Source: a virus
Lineage: Duplodnaviria > Caudoviricetes
Reading direction: 5' to 3' (one strand)
DNA: 24,270 bases
Virus record (IMG/VR): IMGVR_UViG_3300036987_000184
Span: 1-24,270 of that record
How positions within the stretch are numbered: position 1 is the stretch's first letter; each line of letters starts with the position of its first letter. This document shows, one piece after another, positions 8,993 to 17,015 of this stretch. The notes beneath the pieces are model-generated. The model was not told where the DNA came from, ran no database searches, and was given only the letters and a program-made list of their open reading frames with translations. A program made the position numbers and the translations under genes.

Positions 8993-9100
8993 CGTTTTCC
9001 GTTTTCCGTTTTCCGTTTTCCGTTAAAAGCAAGGGCACCGTTTCTTTTCCAGAACCCAGAACCCAAAACCCAGAACCCGCTTTTAAAGAGCCCAGAACCC
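8993..9100. repeat. Heptamer tandem arrays (CGTTTTC)x4 and (CCAGAAC)x4
   Basis: (CGTTTTC)4 at 8993-9020. CCAGAAC/CCAAAAC x4 at 9049-9076, with a further copy at ~9092. Confidence 0.9.
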
Positions 9101-9123
9101 GGCGGGCGGGACGCCCGCCCTAC
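9101..9123 (-). repeat. REP-like palindrome GTAGGGCGGGCGTCCCGCCCGCC
   Basis: GTAG followed by a GC-rich hairpin. Identical 23-mer at 21113-21135. Its TAG is the stop codon of the T ORF. Confidence 0.8.
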
Positions 9124-9422
9124 CCCACCAACCCGCCGGCAGCCCGCCAATCGGCCATGAATTCTTCCAGGGTGGCGGTGTCCTGGGGGGCATCCGGCCC
9201 GGCCGGCGCCGCCCCGCCCATGATGCCCGCGATCACCGACATCAGCCCTGCCAGCTGGACGTGCGCCGGGGGAGAGCGCCGCCAGTAGTTGCCCAGTTCC
9301 CGCAGCCGGGGGAAGGTCATGAACTCGTCGATATACTCGTACGTCCAGCCCGTGGCGGTGATCAGGGCTGCGTAGAGATCTCCCCAATCGAGGGCGTCCC
9401 CTCCGCCGGCGCCGGTTCCCCC
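9120..9422 (-). CDS. Tail assembly chaperone T segment (expressed as GT by -1 frameshift)
   Basis: The -1 frame is open from the slippery site: ...GDALDWGDLYAALITATGWTYEYIDEFMTFPRLRELGNYWRRSPPAHV...; it lies between gene G and the tape measure. Confidence 0.75.
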   Translation of the reverse strand, partial: GGTGAGGGDALDWGDLYAALITATGWTYEYIDEFMTFPRLRELGNYWRRSPPAHVQLAGLMSVIAGIMGGAAPAGPDAPQDTATLEEFMADWRAAGGLVG

Positions 9423-9724
9423 TGGAGCAACCCGCTCAGGCCCATGACCGCCATGATTACTTTGGGGGCGTTGACCAGGTCCACCAGGTCTTCCAGTTCA
9501 TCCCGGGTGATTTCCGGATAATTGCGGCTGACGGCCTCATAGATCACCGTGACACTGTCGTCCAGCATCGATTCGGTAATGGTGAGGCCTCCCCCGGCGG
9601 TGATATCCTTCATCCGCTCCAGGATAGGCAGAATCTTGCGGATGCGCCGCCAGTTCAGGGGCGGCACCACAAATTCCCGGTCGCCCAGTTTCAGCCGTTC
9701 GCCGTCAAAGCGAAGCTCGGTCAT
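9362..9724 (-). CDS. Tail assembly chaperone G
   Basis: 120 aa between tail tube and tape measure. Motifs LGDREFVVPPLN and RNYPEITRDELEDLVD. Confidence 0.8.
   Translation of the reverse strand: MTELRFDGERLKLGDREFVVPPLNWRRIRKILPILERMKDITAGGGLTITESMLDDSVTVIYEAVSRNYPEITRDELEDLVDLVNAPKVIMAVMGLSGLLQGEPAPAEGTPSIGEISTQP
9416..9422 (-). promoter_or_regulatory. -1 ribosomal frameshift slippery heptamer G GGG GAA
   Basis: In-frame CAG GGG GAA near the end of gene G; the -1 frame continues into the T ORF. Confidence 0.7.
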
Positions 9725-9727
9725 GGC

Positions 9728-10492
9728 TTAAGCCCCCAGGCTGATCAGGCCCAGTTCATCGTTATCATCCACCTGGGCGCTGAAATCCATCTCCTGAATG
9801 GTGAAATCTCCCCGTTTGGTGGGCAGGGTGAGTTTGTCGGAGACACACTTGTTGAGAACGAGGGCTACCTTCTCGCCGTCAAAATCGCCGGTGAGGACCG
9901 CCTTGAACGACGGCGAGGTGCCCGCCTGCGGGTTGACGATGGTGATGGTCTTACCCACCAGGGCCGAGAGGTAGAGGTAATCGAACTTCACCAGTTTTCC
10001 CTGGTCCGCGGCCGCAAAGGTGAAAACCCCGGTGGCGTCCACCAGGGAATACTGGCCGGTGGCCGGGGCGGAGGCCACCCGCGTCAAGGGCTGGCCGTCC
10101 GTGGCCAGATTGTTCTTGCCGAAAACCACCCCTAGGTTGGTATGAAAGGTGGCGCCGTTGGCCACGGTAACCGTATAGGGGCCGGGGGTGGCGGGGATGG
10201 TGCCCGCCTCGACCACCACGGGTATCACCTGGCCGGTGGCCGGAGTGGACCCGAAGAACAGGCCGCCCATGAGATCGGCGGACAGTTTGGCCAGCTTGGC
10301 CTTGCAGGTCACCTTGCCCTCGGAGACGCCCACTGCGTCGGCAAAGACGTTCTGCCCGTGAAGCTCCTTTTTGGTCAGGGAGATTTCAACGGCCACCTCC
10401 TGGAGGATGCCGAATTTCACCGGGGTGGGAATCAGCACGTTGGTGTCAATGCCGTAGAGATTGCCGGCCCCGAAAATGATGGGTTTACCCAT
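9728..10492 (-). CDS. Tail tube (major tail) protein
   Basis: 254 aa just before the chaperones. IFGAGNLYG...TPVKFGILQEV...KELHGQ; C-terminal DFTIQEMDFSA. No sheath gene nearby. Confidence 0.8.
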   Translation of the reverse strand: MGKPIIFGAGNLYGIDTNVLIPTPVKFGILQEVAVEISLTKKELHGQNVFADAVGVSEGKVTCKAKLAKLSADLMGGLFFGSTPATGQVIPVVVEAGTIPATPGPYTVTVANGATFHTNLGVVFGKNNLATDGQPLTRVASAPATGQYSLVDATGVFTFAAADQGKLVKFDYLYLSALVGKTITIVNPQAGTSPSFKAVLTGDFDGEKVALVLNKCVSDKLTLPTKRGDFTIQEMDFSAQVDDNDELGLISLGA

Positions 10493-10495
10493 GAC

Positions 10496-10681
10496 TTATT
10501 CTCCTCTCAAGCGCTGCTTCAGAATATCCTTGGCCCGGAGCAGCAGGTTCCAGGCCTCGGTGTTGCGCGACACCGGCGAATTGGGGATAAACTCGTTAAA
10601 CCAGACATCCACCACTTGATCGGTGTTGGCGGGCGGGAGCGCCGCAGCCTTGCTCACAACATCAATTCCGTCTTTACCCAT
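10496..10681 (-). CDS. Hypothetical phage protein
   Basis: 61 aa, GAGGTG RBS, fills the gap in the operon. Confidence 0.7.
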   Translation of the reverse strand: MGKDGIDVVSKAAALPPANTDQVVDVWFNEFIPNSPVSRNTEAWNLLLRAKDILKQRLRGE

Positions 10682-10689
10682 AATTCACC

Positions 10690-11124
10690 TCACGGTACTA
10701 AGATTTCCACCGGGATCACCACGCTGGCCTGGCCGTCCAGGAGGCCCTCGTTTTTCAAGACCTTGCCGTTAATCCGGCAGTACGTCACCAACCCGCCCAG
10801 GGTTTGGTTCTCTTCGTCCGGATCGGGCGCCAGGGCGGCCTCAATGGCGTCGATCAGGGGATTGAGCACGCTTCCCGGCGCCATGTTTTTGTCCTCGGCC
10901 AGCCGGGCATAAAACCCCAGATCAACGTAAAGAAAATGGATCGCCGGCAGCCCCTGCCCCTGGTGCTGTATGGTTTCACCCGGGCCTTCCTCGACAAACA
11001 GGGCCGGCTGCTCCTCCGGGGCCACGTCCTTGACCAGGCGGGCCCGGCGGGAAGTAGTGACAAAGCCGGGCAGGTCCTTGACCAGGTCAAACAGGGCCTG
11101 ATGGATGGCCTCCCGGTTGATCAC
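10690..11124 (-). CDS. Tail terminator-like neck protein
   Basis: 144 aa, GTGA overlap with the upstream gene. REAIHQALF...EQPALF...LIDAIEAAL...TLGGLV pattern; position before the tail tube. Confidence 0.65.
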   Translation of the reverse strand: MINREAIHQALFDLVKDLPGFVTTSRRARLVKDVAPEEQPALFVEEGPGETIQHQGQGLPAIHFLYVDLGFYARLAEDKNMAPGSVLNPLIDAIEAALAPDPDEENQTLGGLVTYCRINGKVLKNEGLLDGQASVVIPVEILVP

Positions 11125-11597
11125 CCTTTCACCCCCCGGGACACCGCCGCGGCGATGGCGGCCTTGATCCGGGCCTCATTCTCCCTGAGGCTCGACCGCA
11201 AAAAGGAGCGCTCCGGCATCTTCGATCCCGGATGCTGCACCGATTTACGCACCAGCCCCACCCCGCCCATCTGAAAGGCCAGGGCCTTTTTGTTCCGGGC
11301 CTGAATCACATGGGCCCGGGTGACCCCGCCGTATTCGTGGATAGCGCCGTAGACTAAGGCCAGCCCGACGCTGCCGACGATGCTGTCGCCGCTCTCCGTA
11401 AATTGGGAGTTGATCTTGCGGCGCAGCGTGCCGGTCTTCGTTTTCAGGACCGGTCCGGAAACCTTTTGTTTGGCCGTCCGCTCCACATTATAGGTCTCTG
11501 CCATTACCGCCTGGCGCACCAGGCCCAGGACCCGGGGCGGCACTTCCCCCAGGTGCTTGATAACCGCTTCGGCCCCGACAATCTGCACCCGGATCAT
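11121..11597 (-). CDS. HK97 gp10-like tail completion/neck protein
   Basis: KTGTLRRKI...YGAIHEYGG...MPERSFLRSSL motifs. Confidence 0.8.
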   Translation of the reverse strand: MIRVQIVGAEAVIKHLGEVPPRVLGLVRQAVMAETYNVERTAKQKVSGPVLKTKTGTLRRKINSQFTESGDSIVGSVGLALVYGAIHEYGGVTRAHVIQARNKKALAFQMGGVGLVRKSVQHPGSKMPERSFLRSSLRENEARIKAAIAAAVSRGVKG

Positions 11598-12187
11598 ACC
11601 GGCACCACCTTTTTGTAGCTTTCCAGAATCCGTTTCACATCCGCGGGCACGTCCCGGGTGCTGAAGGTGATATTCTGCCCCTGCATGGAGGCCGAATCCT
11701 GGCCGATGTGATCCCGCTCCTTGAAGCGCACCGCAATCAACTCGATGGCGGCTTGTTCCAGGTCAGCCGGCGTGGCGGCCCAGCCCCGGGTGCAGGTCAA
11801 GGCCACGTTGCCCCGGCCCCGGGTGAAGAGGTATCCCTGCACCCACACGGAGCTGGGGCTGAAGCGGTAACCGGAATCGGTAACCAGGGCCGCCAGGGGA
11901 ATCGCCACCCCGTCAATCACCAGGGAGGCCACCGCGGTCAGGGGCGGCTTGCCGCCCAGCGCCAGGACGTCGCCGCCGTGGCCGTCCAGTACCAGGGCGT
12001 AGCTCTGGGAGGCCACCGAATAGCCGATGCCCTCCGGCCCCTGGATAAAGGCGCTGGCCGCGTCGATCAACCGGGTCAACAGGGCATCGGCCGTGTCTGT
12101 GGTCAGGGCAAGCCATTGCTTGACCGCGGCCAGGGTGGTAAGATTACCGGTCTGTCCCGCCGGCGTCCCGGTGCCTGCGCCGCTCAT
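11594..12187 (-). CDS. Head-tail connector (adaptor) protein
   Basis: LTTLAAVKQWL...DALLTRLIDAASAFI...GW...PADLEQAAIELIA...ILESYK. The start is probably ATG 12187 (TAATG coupling), not the 12346 given in the track. Confidence 0.8.
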   Translation of the reverse strand: MSGAGTGTPAGQTGNLTTLAAVKQWLALTTDTADALLTRLIDAASAFIQGPEGIGYSVASQSYALVLDGHGGDVLALGGKPPLTAVASLVIDGVAIPLAALVTDSGYRFSPSSVWVQGYLFTRGRGNVALTCTRGWAATPADLEQAAIELIAVRFKERDHIGQDSASMQGQNITFSTRDVPADVKRILESYKKVVPV

Positions 12188-12705
12188 TAGCTCACCACCT
12201 CCGTATCGGGATTGGCAAAGGCAAACCCGGATTTTTGCCGCCAGACGTATACCGTCCCGGCGTCCAGGTGGAAAGTTACCACCCCGTTCTGATCGGTGCG
12301 CCCCGAAGCGATGACATTCTGCCCGGCGAGATCGGTGGTGATCCACACGTCAGCATCGGCGATGGGCAGGCCGTTGTCGGAGCGGGTTAAGCTATAGGTC
12401 CATAAAACCGCCCCGGCCCCCAAAGCGGCCCGGGAGCTGACCGCAACGTCGAGATTGTCATCATCCGGAGTGATTTGCAGCACTTTATACCGGTCCTGAT
12501 TGTCCAGGCCGGCGCCGCCATCGATCTCCACATAGATGGCTTCCCCGGGGTTGGCGCTGAATTTATAACCCCCGCCGCCGATAGCGGCGATCTCCGGGAC
12601 CGGGGCCACGTCTTCACCGTCCGCCACGGTTTTGTAGGTGATGATGGCGGGCGCCAATCCTGCCTGGGGCACCCCATTAGCGCTGAAATGAATCACATAG
12701 ATCAT
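12187..12705 (-). CDS. Virion-associated protein with carboxypeptidase-regulatory-like (Ig/transthyretin-type) domain
   Basis: GLPIADADVWI...GRTDQNGVVTFHLDAGTVYVWRQKSGF motif; coupled to neighbours on both sides. Confidence 0.6.
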   Translation of the reverse strand: MIYVIHFSANGVPQAGLAPAIITYKTVADGEDVAPVPEIAAIGGGGYKFSANPGEAIYVEIDGGAGLDNQDRYKVLQITPDDDNLDVAVSSRAALGAGAVLWTYSLTRSDNGLPIADADVWITTDLAGQNVIASGRTDQNGVVTFHLDAGTVYVWRQKSGFAFANPDTEVVS

Positions 12706-14375
12706 TGGATCACCGGTTTAATGCCCCGGACATGAAGATCCGCTGCATGGGTGACAATCCGCCGGGAACTGATGCTCAGCAGACCTCTCAGGGTTTCCCG
12801 GGCGCGCCGCCGTTCCTGATCTTCCACCGATGCGGCCAGGCCTGACATCACCGGGAGCAACATGGAACCCAGCCGGGCCAGAATCTGGGCGGAGGTCAGG
12901 GCGCCGCCGGCGGCCAGCGCCGCCCCGACCGTGGCCTGGACGATGGCCCCGGCGCTGATTCCGCCAGCGCCGGGGAAAGTCTGGGAGGCCAAAATATTCA
13001 TAAGGGCGGTTTGGACCGCCGCGGCCAGCGCCGCCAGGCTGATGCTCTGCTGGTATTCACCTCCCCCGGTTTCGACAGTCCCGTCGGCGTTTAACGCCCC
13101 GAGGCCGGCCAGGGTCAGGGCCTGTTCCGCCAGCAGGGATGCCACCAGGTCCAGGGCGGCGGCGCCAGGCAAATCCATTGCAGCCAGCAAATCGGCCCTG
13201 GCCGCCACTGGCAACCCAGCCAGGACCGTTAAACTCAAACTGCGGGCCGCCGCCACCATCCCATCGCCGGTCAGCGCCACGGCGCCCGGGATGCTCAGGC
13301 CCGAAAACAGATCGCTCCCCCCTTGTCCCTCACCCACCCCCGCATTGATAGATAAAGACATAGAGGCTTGGATTGACAGCGCCGCGCCCATATTGATCCC
13401 GGCCTGGCAGACCAAGCCCAGTTCTTTCAGGGCGGCCAGGTCGGCGGCCTCGGTGATGGCGGCCCCCACCGGTAGACTATACTCTCCCACCGGGGATAAC
13501 CCCCCAGACAGGGTAAACGCCGCCTCGCAGGCCAGGGCCGCAGCCCCAAACCCCTCTTTAGTCCCCGCCGGAGTTAAGGCCGCACTTCCAGGCAGCGCCG
13601 CGGACCTGCCCCCGGCCCAATTGCTGCTCCCGATCAAAGCCGCCGTCCCCGGCAAACTGGCGGCGGGCGCCAGGCCTGCCACCCGGCCGTCAGCAATCCC
13701 AGATGAAACCCCCAGCGAAACCGATTCGTTATAATTTTGGGACGCCACCACTTCCTTAAAGGCGCAGGAAATGGCCCCGTAATCGTCCGAGGTGGTCTCT
13801 GTCCATGACATCGCCTGGGAGCCGGTGCCAGTTTTGACATAGTATTGAGCCCCGCAGCCCCAGGCGGCGATATCTTCCTCATACAGCGAAGTGCCGGTAC
13901 GTGCTGAGGGAGCAAACCCGTTGTCGCCCGTGGCCACCACTGCGAACAGGATAGTAGCGGCAGCCACCGCCGTCAGGGACACGGTAGGGTTAGCCCCGGT
14001 GGCGGCGTTTACCCCCGAGGAGTCATAGGCGCAGGTGTACCCCGGCGCGGCCGTGGCGCTGGCCACATAGACGCACATGGTCCGGCCGCCGTCATTAGGC
14101 ACGTTTATGGTTAAGGCTTCACCGGCCGGCGGCGACAGGAGATACCACATCTCCACCGATGTTTCGGCGACACCTTGGCTGGTTTGGGCTTGGGTAAGGG
14201 CCACCCCGTTATAAGTCGGCGCCCCCCCGGTCCTCGGCGTAGTCCCGGCATAGCAGATCATCACCACCAGCACCCCGGCGTTGGCCCCGCAGGCATAGTT
14301 GGCCGAGGCCGCACCGGTAGTGGTGGCCAGGGCAGTTGCCGGTATGCGCAGTTTGGTATCAAACGCCAGGGACAT
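12702..14375 (-). CDS. Putative head/collar fibre protein: N-terminal beta domain plus 20-residue repeat stalk
   Basis: 557 aa. ~210-aa beta-rich N-domain (TYNGVALTQ, VEMWYLLSP), then ~15 Ala/Gly/Leu-rich 20-aa repeats. Confidence 0.55.
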   Translation of the reverse strand: MSLAFDTKLRIPATALATTTGAASANYACGANAGVLVVMICYAGTTPRTGGAPTYNGVALTQAQTSQGVAETSVEMWYLLSPPAGEALTINVPNDGGRTMCVYVASATAAPGYTCAYDSSGVNAATGANPTVSLTAVAAATILFAVVATGDNGFAPSARTGTSLYEEDIAAWGCGAQYYVKTGTGSQAMSWTETTSDDYGAISCAFKEVVASQNYNESVSLGVSSGIADGRVAGLAPAASLPGTAALIGSSNWAGGRSAALPGSAALTPAGTKEGFGAAALACEAAFTLSGGLSPVGEYSLPVGAAITEAADLAALKELGLVCQAGINMGAALSIQASMSLSINAGVGEGQGGSDLFSGLSIPGAVALTGDGMVAAARSLSLTVLAGLPVAARADLLAAMDLPGAAALDLVASLLAEQALTLAGLGALNADGTVETGGGEYQQSISLAALAAAVQTALMNILASQTFPGAGGISAGAIVQATVGAALAAGGALTSAQILARLGSMLLPVMSGLAASVEDQERRRARETLRGLLSISSRRIVTHAADLHVRGIKPVIQ

Positions 14376-14393
14376 TAACTTTCCTTAGCCGTA

Positions 14394-14888
14394 TTACGCC
14401 CCGGTCTGGGTACAGGTCACGGTCACACTCAGGGTGTCGTTAATTTCCACGGCCCTGGGGGTGCCGAAATCACCGGCGCCCAAAAGGGTGCCAGAGGTGC
14501 CGGTGTTGACGCTGGCCATAAAGGCGCCATACACCGTCAAGGCTGCGGTGATGGTGAAAACCGCCTTGGAGGCCGAATTGTCCACGCTCTTGGTAGTGGT
14601 GCCGGTGATGCTTCCCGGCGTCCAGGCCGGACGGTTGCCGGTATATGGGTTGATCTCCGACCAGCCGCCATGAGAGGCCAGATTGTCGCCGTTGACTACG
14701 GTACCGGTGCCCTTGAGGCCCACGTACCAGGCCGGCGCGGCCAGGCCGGTCTTCAGGGTAGCATCCAGATACTTGGCCAGGCCCTCGCCCACCACCAGGT
14801 TGCCGAACTCTTCCACCCACTTAAGGTTTCCCAGGGAATCTCGACACTCCACCCGATACTTTTGGGCGATTTTCATTGTCAGGTCCAT
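14394..14888 (-). CDS. Putative virion structural (fibre-associated) protein
   Basis: 164 aa, beta-rich: KWVEEFGNLVVGEG...WYVGL...WSEI..Y.GNR..W...DTLSVT. GAGGGAG RBS. Confidence 0.6.
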   Translation of the reverse strand: MDLTMKIAQKYRVECRDSLGNLKWVEEFGNLVVGEGLAKYLDATLKTGLAAPAWYVGLKGTGTVVNGDNLASHGGWSEINPYTGNRPAWTPGSITGTTTKSVDNSASKAVFTITAALTVYGAFMASVNTGTSGTLLGAGDFGTPRAVEINDTLSVTVTCTQTGA

Positions 14889-14910
14889 GATGTTTCTCCC
14901 TCGGATATTC

Positions 14911-15108
14911 CTATTTAAGTGCCGGTTTCCGGTTTCCGGTTTTCGGTCCAGGAGCTTCCGGCTCCTTGAGGTGTGTCAGGGTGAAGCCCCAGCCCGGTTC
15001 CAACAATACCGCTGCCTCATCGGGAACTTCCACCACGCCCTCAACCACCGGATATTCCCGGCCGCCGAAACTGACGCTGCCGCAGCCCCAGGGAGCTTTT
15101 AGTTTCAT
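14911..15108 (-). CDS. Small hypothetical protein downstream of the capsid gene
   Basis: MKLKAPWGCGSVSFGGREY...; GGAGG RBS favours ATG 15108. The C-terminus is encoded by a heptamer array (14922-14947). Confidence 0.7.
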   Translation of the reverse strand: MKLKAPWGCGSVSFGGREYPVVEGVVEVPDEAAVLLEPGWGFTLTHLKEPEAPGPKTGNRKPALK

Positions 15109-15123
15109 CTTGTCCTCCAAATA

Positions 15124-15150
15124 AGGGCGGACACATGGGTCCGCCCCTAC
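15124..15150 (-). repeat. REP-like palindrome GTAGGGGCGGACCCATGTGTCCGCCCT
   Basis: GTAG plus GGGCGGAC..GTCCGCCC stem, 3 nt after the capsid stop codon. Confidence 0.75.
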
Positions 15151-15153
15151 GGG

Positions 15154-16650
15154 TTAGCCGTTGGCAATATTGGTGATCAACCCCCAGGCCGGCGGGAAGT
15201 AGTTCTGGAGCACCTCGTCCACGGTGACCGAGAAATCCCGCTTCAGGCTGGTGAGCACCCAATCGATCTGCATGTATTCCCAGCGGGTGCGCATCTGCAC
15301 CACGTTCTGCACCCCGGAGAGGGAATAGGGCAGGGCCATGCACTCGAACATGATGGTGCCCGGCGGTAGATCCGGATGCACCGCCACCGGAATTTCTACA
15401 CCGGTGATGGGGTGGATATAGCCGGTGACGTTAATGCCGCCCAGCACCGCCCCCTGGCGGGTGTCAACGGAGAAGACCACGGCGCTGCCCGCCGCCCCGG
15501 TGGCCACCTTGGAGGCCATGTTCTGCTTTTCCTGGCCGTTGACCCAGATGCAGGTGGGGAAGGTCTTATAGGTGTTCCAGAAATGTACCAGGGCCTCGTT
15601 GATCTCGACGATGCCGGTCTTGGTGTCCGCGGTCAGCGGCGTACCGACGCCCGGGGTGCCGGTGGCCATCGTCTTGATATAGCCGTTGGAGCCGCTCTTG
15701 AAGATCTGGTAGAGCAGGCCGTCGAAGATCAGGGCGTTTTTGGAGTTGTCCGAGGCCGGCATGGCGGCGATCAACTGCGTGCCCGTGGCCACCGGGGTAG
15801 TGATCAGGTAGCTGTTGATGGTGGTGATGGCCCCCAGCTTGCAGTCGGCCCCGTCGGCCCCCCAGAACCAGGCATAGGCTACCGCCCCGGAAACCGCGGC
15901 GACGCTGGCCTTGACGGAGTGGGTGTCGCTGGCGTCGTCGGCGGTGGTGACGTTGGCCGCGGCCGAGATCTGGCCGGAGCCGCCGCCGTAGCTCTCGGTG
16001 GTGCCGTCGCCGTTGGCCCGGCTGACCACCGCGGGCACGCCCCCGGCCACCGAGGCGTTGCGGTAGCCTTCCAGGGTCAGGGCCACACAGTGCACGATAT
16101 ACTTGGTCTTGGCCTTGCAGGTGCCGCCGGTGGCCACGTCTGCCAGGGTGGGGGTGGGGGCGGTGCCCAGGGCCACTGCGGCGCCGTTGCCGCCCAGGAT
16201 ACAGAACTCCTCCTGGATCATCAGGGAGCGCAGCAGGCCCTCCACCGCCAGGGCTGAAATATCCATAAAGCCCTTGCCTGCGGCCTGGGCCTGGAAGGTA
16301 ACGTAGTCGTCCAGCACCAGGGTACGGTAGGCCGCCAGATAATCGGCCACGGTGGTGGTAACGATGCCGCCCCGCCGCCCTTCACCGGCCCCGGCGGACA
16401 GCCCCGCGGTGTTGATGCCGGTGATGGCCTTCCAGTTGGCCTGGACGCCGATGCCGCCGCCCACCCGGGGAATCTTGTTGCGCAGGGGGGTGAGCACCGG
16501 ATACAGGGTCTTGGCCGGGGCTTCCAGGTCATAGCCTTTGAGCCCGTCGGTAACCCCGGTGCCGCCCAGGGCCGTAGTGAAGGCCTTGGCCATTTCCGGG
16601 GTCGGCGCCGCCAGGGCCTCCTTAACCAGTTGCAGCGTTTCGTTAATCAT
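15154..16650 (-). CDS. Major capsid protein (HK97-fold expected) with an inserted beta-sandwich domain
   Basis: 498 aa after the protease. GYDLEAPAKTLYPVLTPLRNKIPRV, VHPDLPPGTI and C-terminal WGLITNI motifs. AGGAG RBS. Confidence 0.85.
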   Translation of the reverse strand: MINETLQLVKEALAAPTPEMAKAFTTALGGTGVTDGLKGYDLEAPAKTLYPVLTPLRNKIPRVGGGIGVQANWKAITGINTAGLSAGAGEGRRGGIVTTTVADYLAAYRTLVLDDYVTFQAQAAGKGFMDISALAVEGLLRSLMIQEEFCILGGNGAAVALGTAPTPTLADVATGGTCKAKTKYIVHCVALTLEGYRNASVAGGVPAVVSRANGDGTTESYGGGSGQISAAANVTTADDASDTHSVKASVAAVSGAVAYAWFWGADGADCKLGAITTINSYLITTPVATGTQLIAAMPASDNSKNALIFDGLLYQIFKSGSNGYIKTMATGTPGVGTPLTADTKTGIVEINEALVHFWNTYKTFPTCIWVNGQEKQNMASKVATGAAGSAVVFSVDTRQGAVLGGINVTGYIHPITGVEIPVAVHPDLPPGTIMFECMALPYSLSGVQNVVQMRTRWEYMQIDWVLTSLKRDFSVTVDEVLQNYFPPAWGLITNIANG

Positions 16651-16700
16651 GGGAAATTCTCCTATTTTTAGTGGCGCTGTTCCCCTGCCTGCAGGAATCT

Positions 16701-17015
16701 CTATCCCAGGCTGATGGGGTTTTGGTGGGCCGCCTTGATGAGGCCCTGGGTATCTTTGTTCTTGATCATCTCGTCCTGGGTGGGGCCGTCAACCTTGGCC
16801 AGGGGCTGGACATCTTCGCCCTTGTCCACCACCTTGAGCACCCCGGTGGCCGGGGCCGGCTCGGCCTCCACCTTGGCCAGGCGCTCCGTCAGGGCGGTGT
16901 TTTCCGCCTCCACCTTGGCGAGCTGCTCGCCCTGGGCGCTAAAGTTGCCCTCCACCTTCTCCAGGCGCTCGCCCAGGCCCTTAACCAGTGTTTCCAACTG
17001 CTCCAGTGTGGCCAT
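16701..17015 (-). CDS. Putative internally initiated scaffold protein (104 aa, in frame with the protease)
   Basis: AAGGAGG at 17026-17032 precedes in-frame ATG 17015 (MATLEQLETLVKGL...), the start of the coiled coil. Confidence 0.55.
   Translation of the reverse strand: MATLEQLETLVKGLGERLEKVEGNFSAQGEQLAKVEAENTALTERLAKVEAEPAPATGVLKVVDKGEDVQPLAKVDGPTQDEMIKNKDTQGLIKAAHQNPISLG

Noticed and set aside
8993-9123. Repeat cluster as a CRISPR array
   Set aside because: Units are 7-nt tandem repeats without unique spacers; no cas genes.
11594-12346. 250-aa version of the connector ORF
   Set aside because: The extension overlaps the upstream gene by ~160 nt; TAATG coupling supports a start at 12187.
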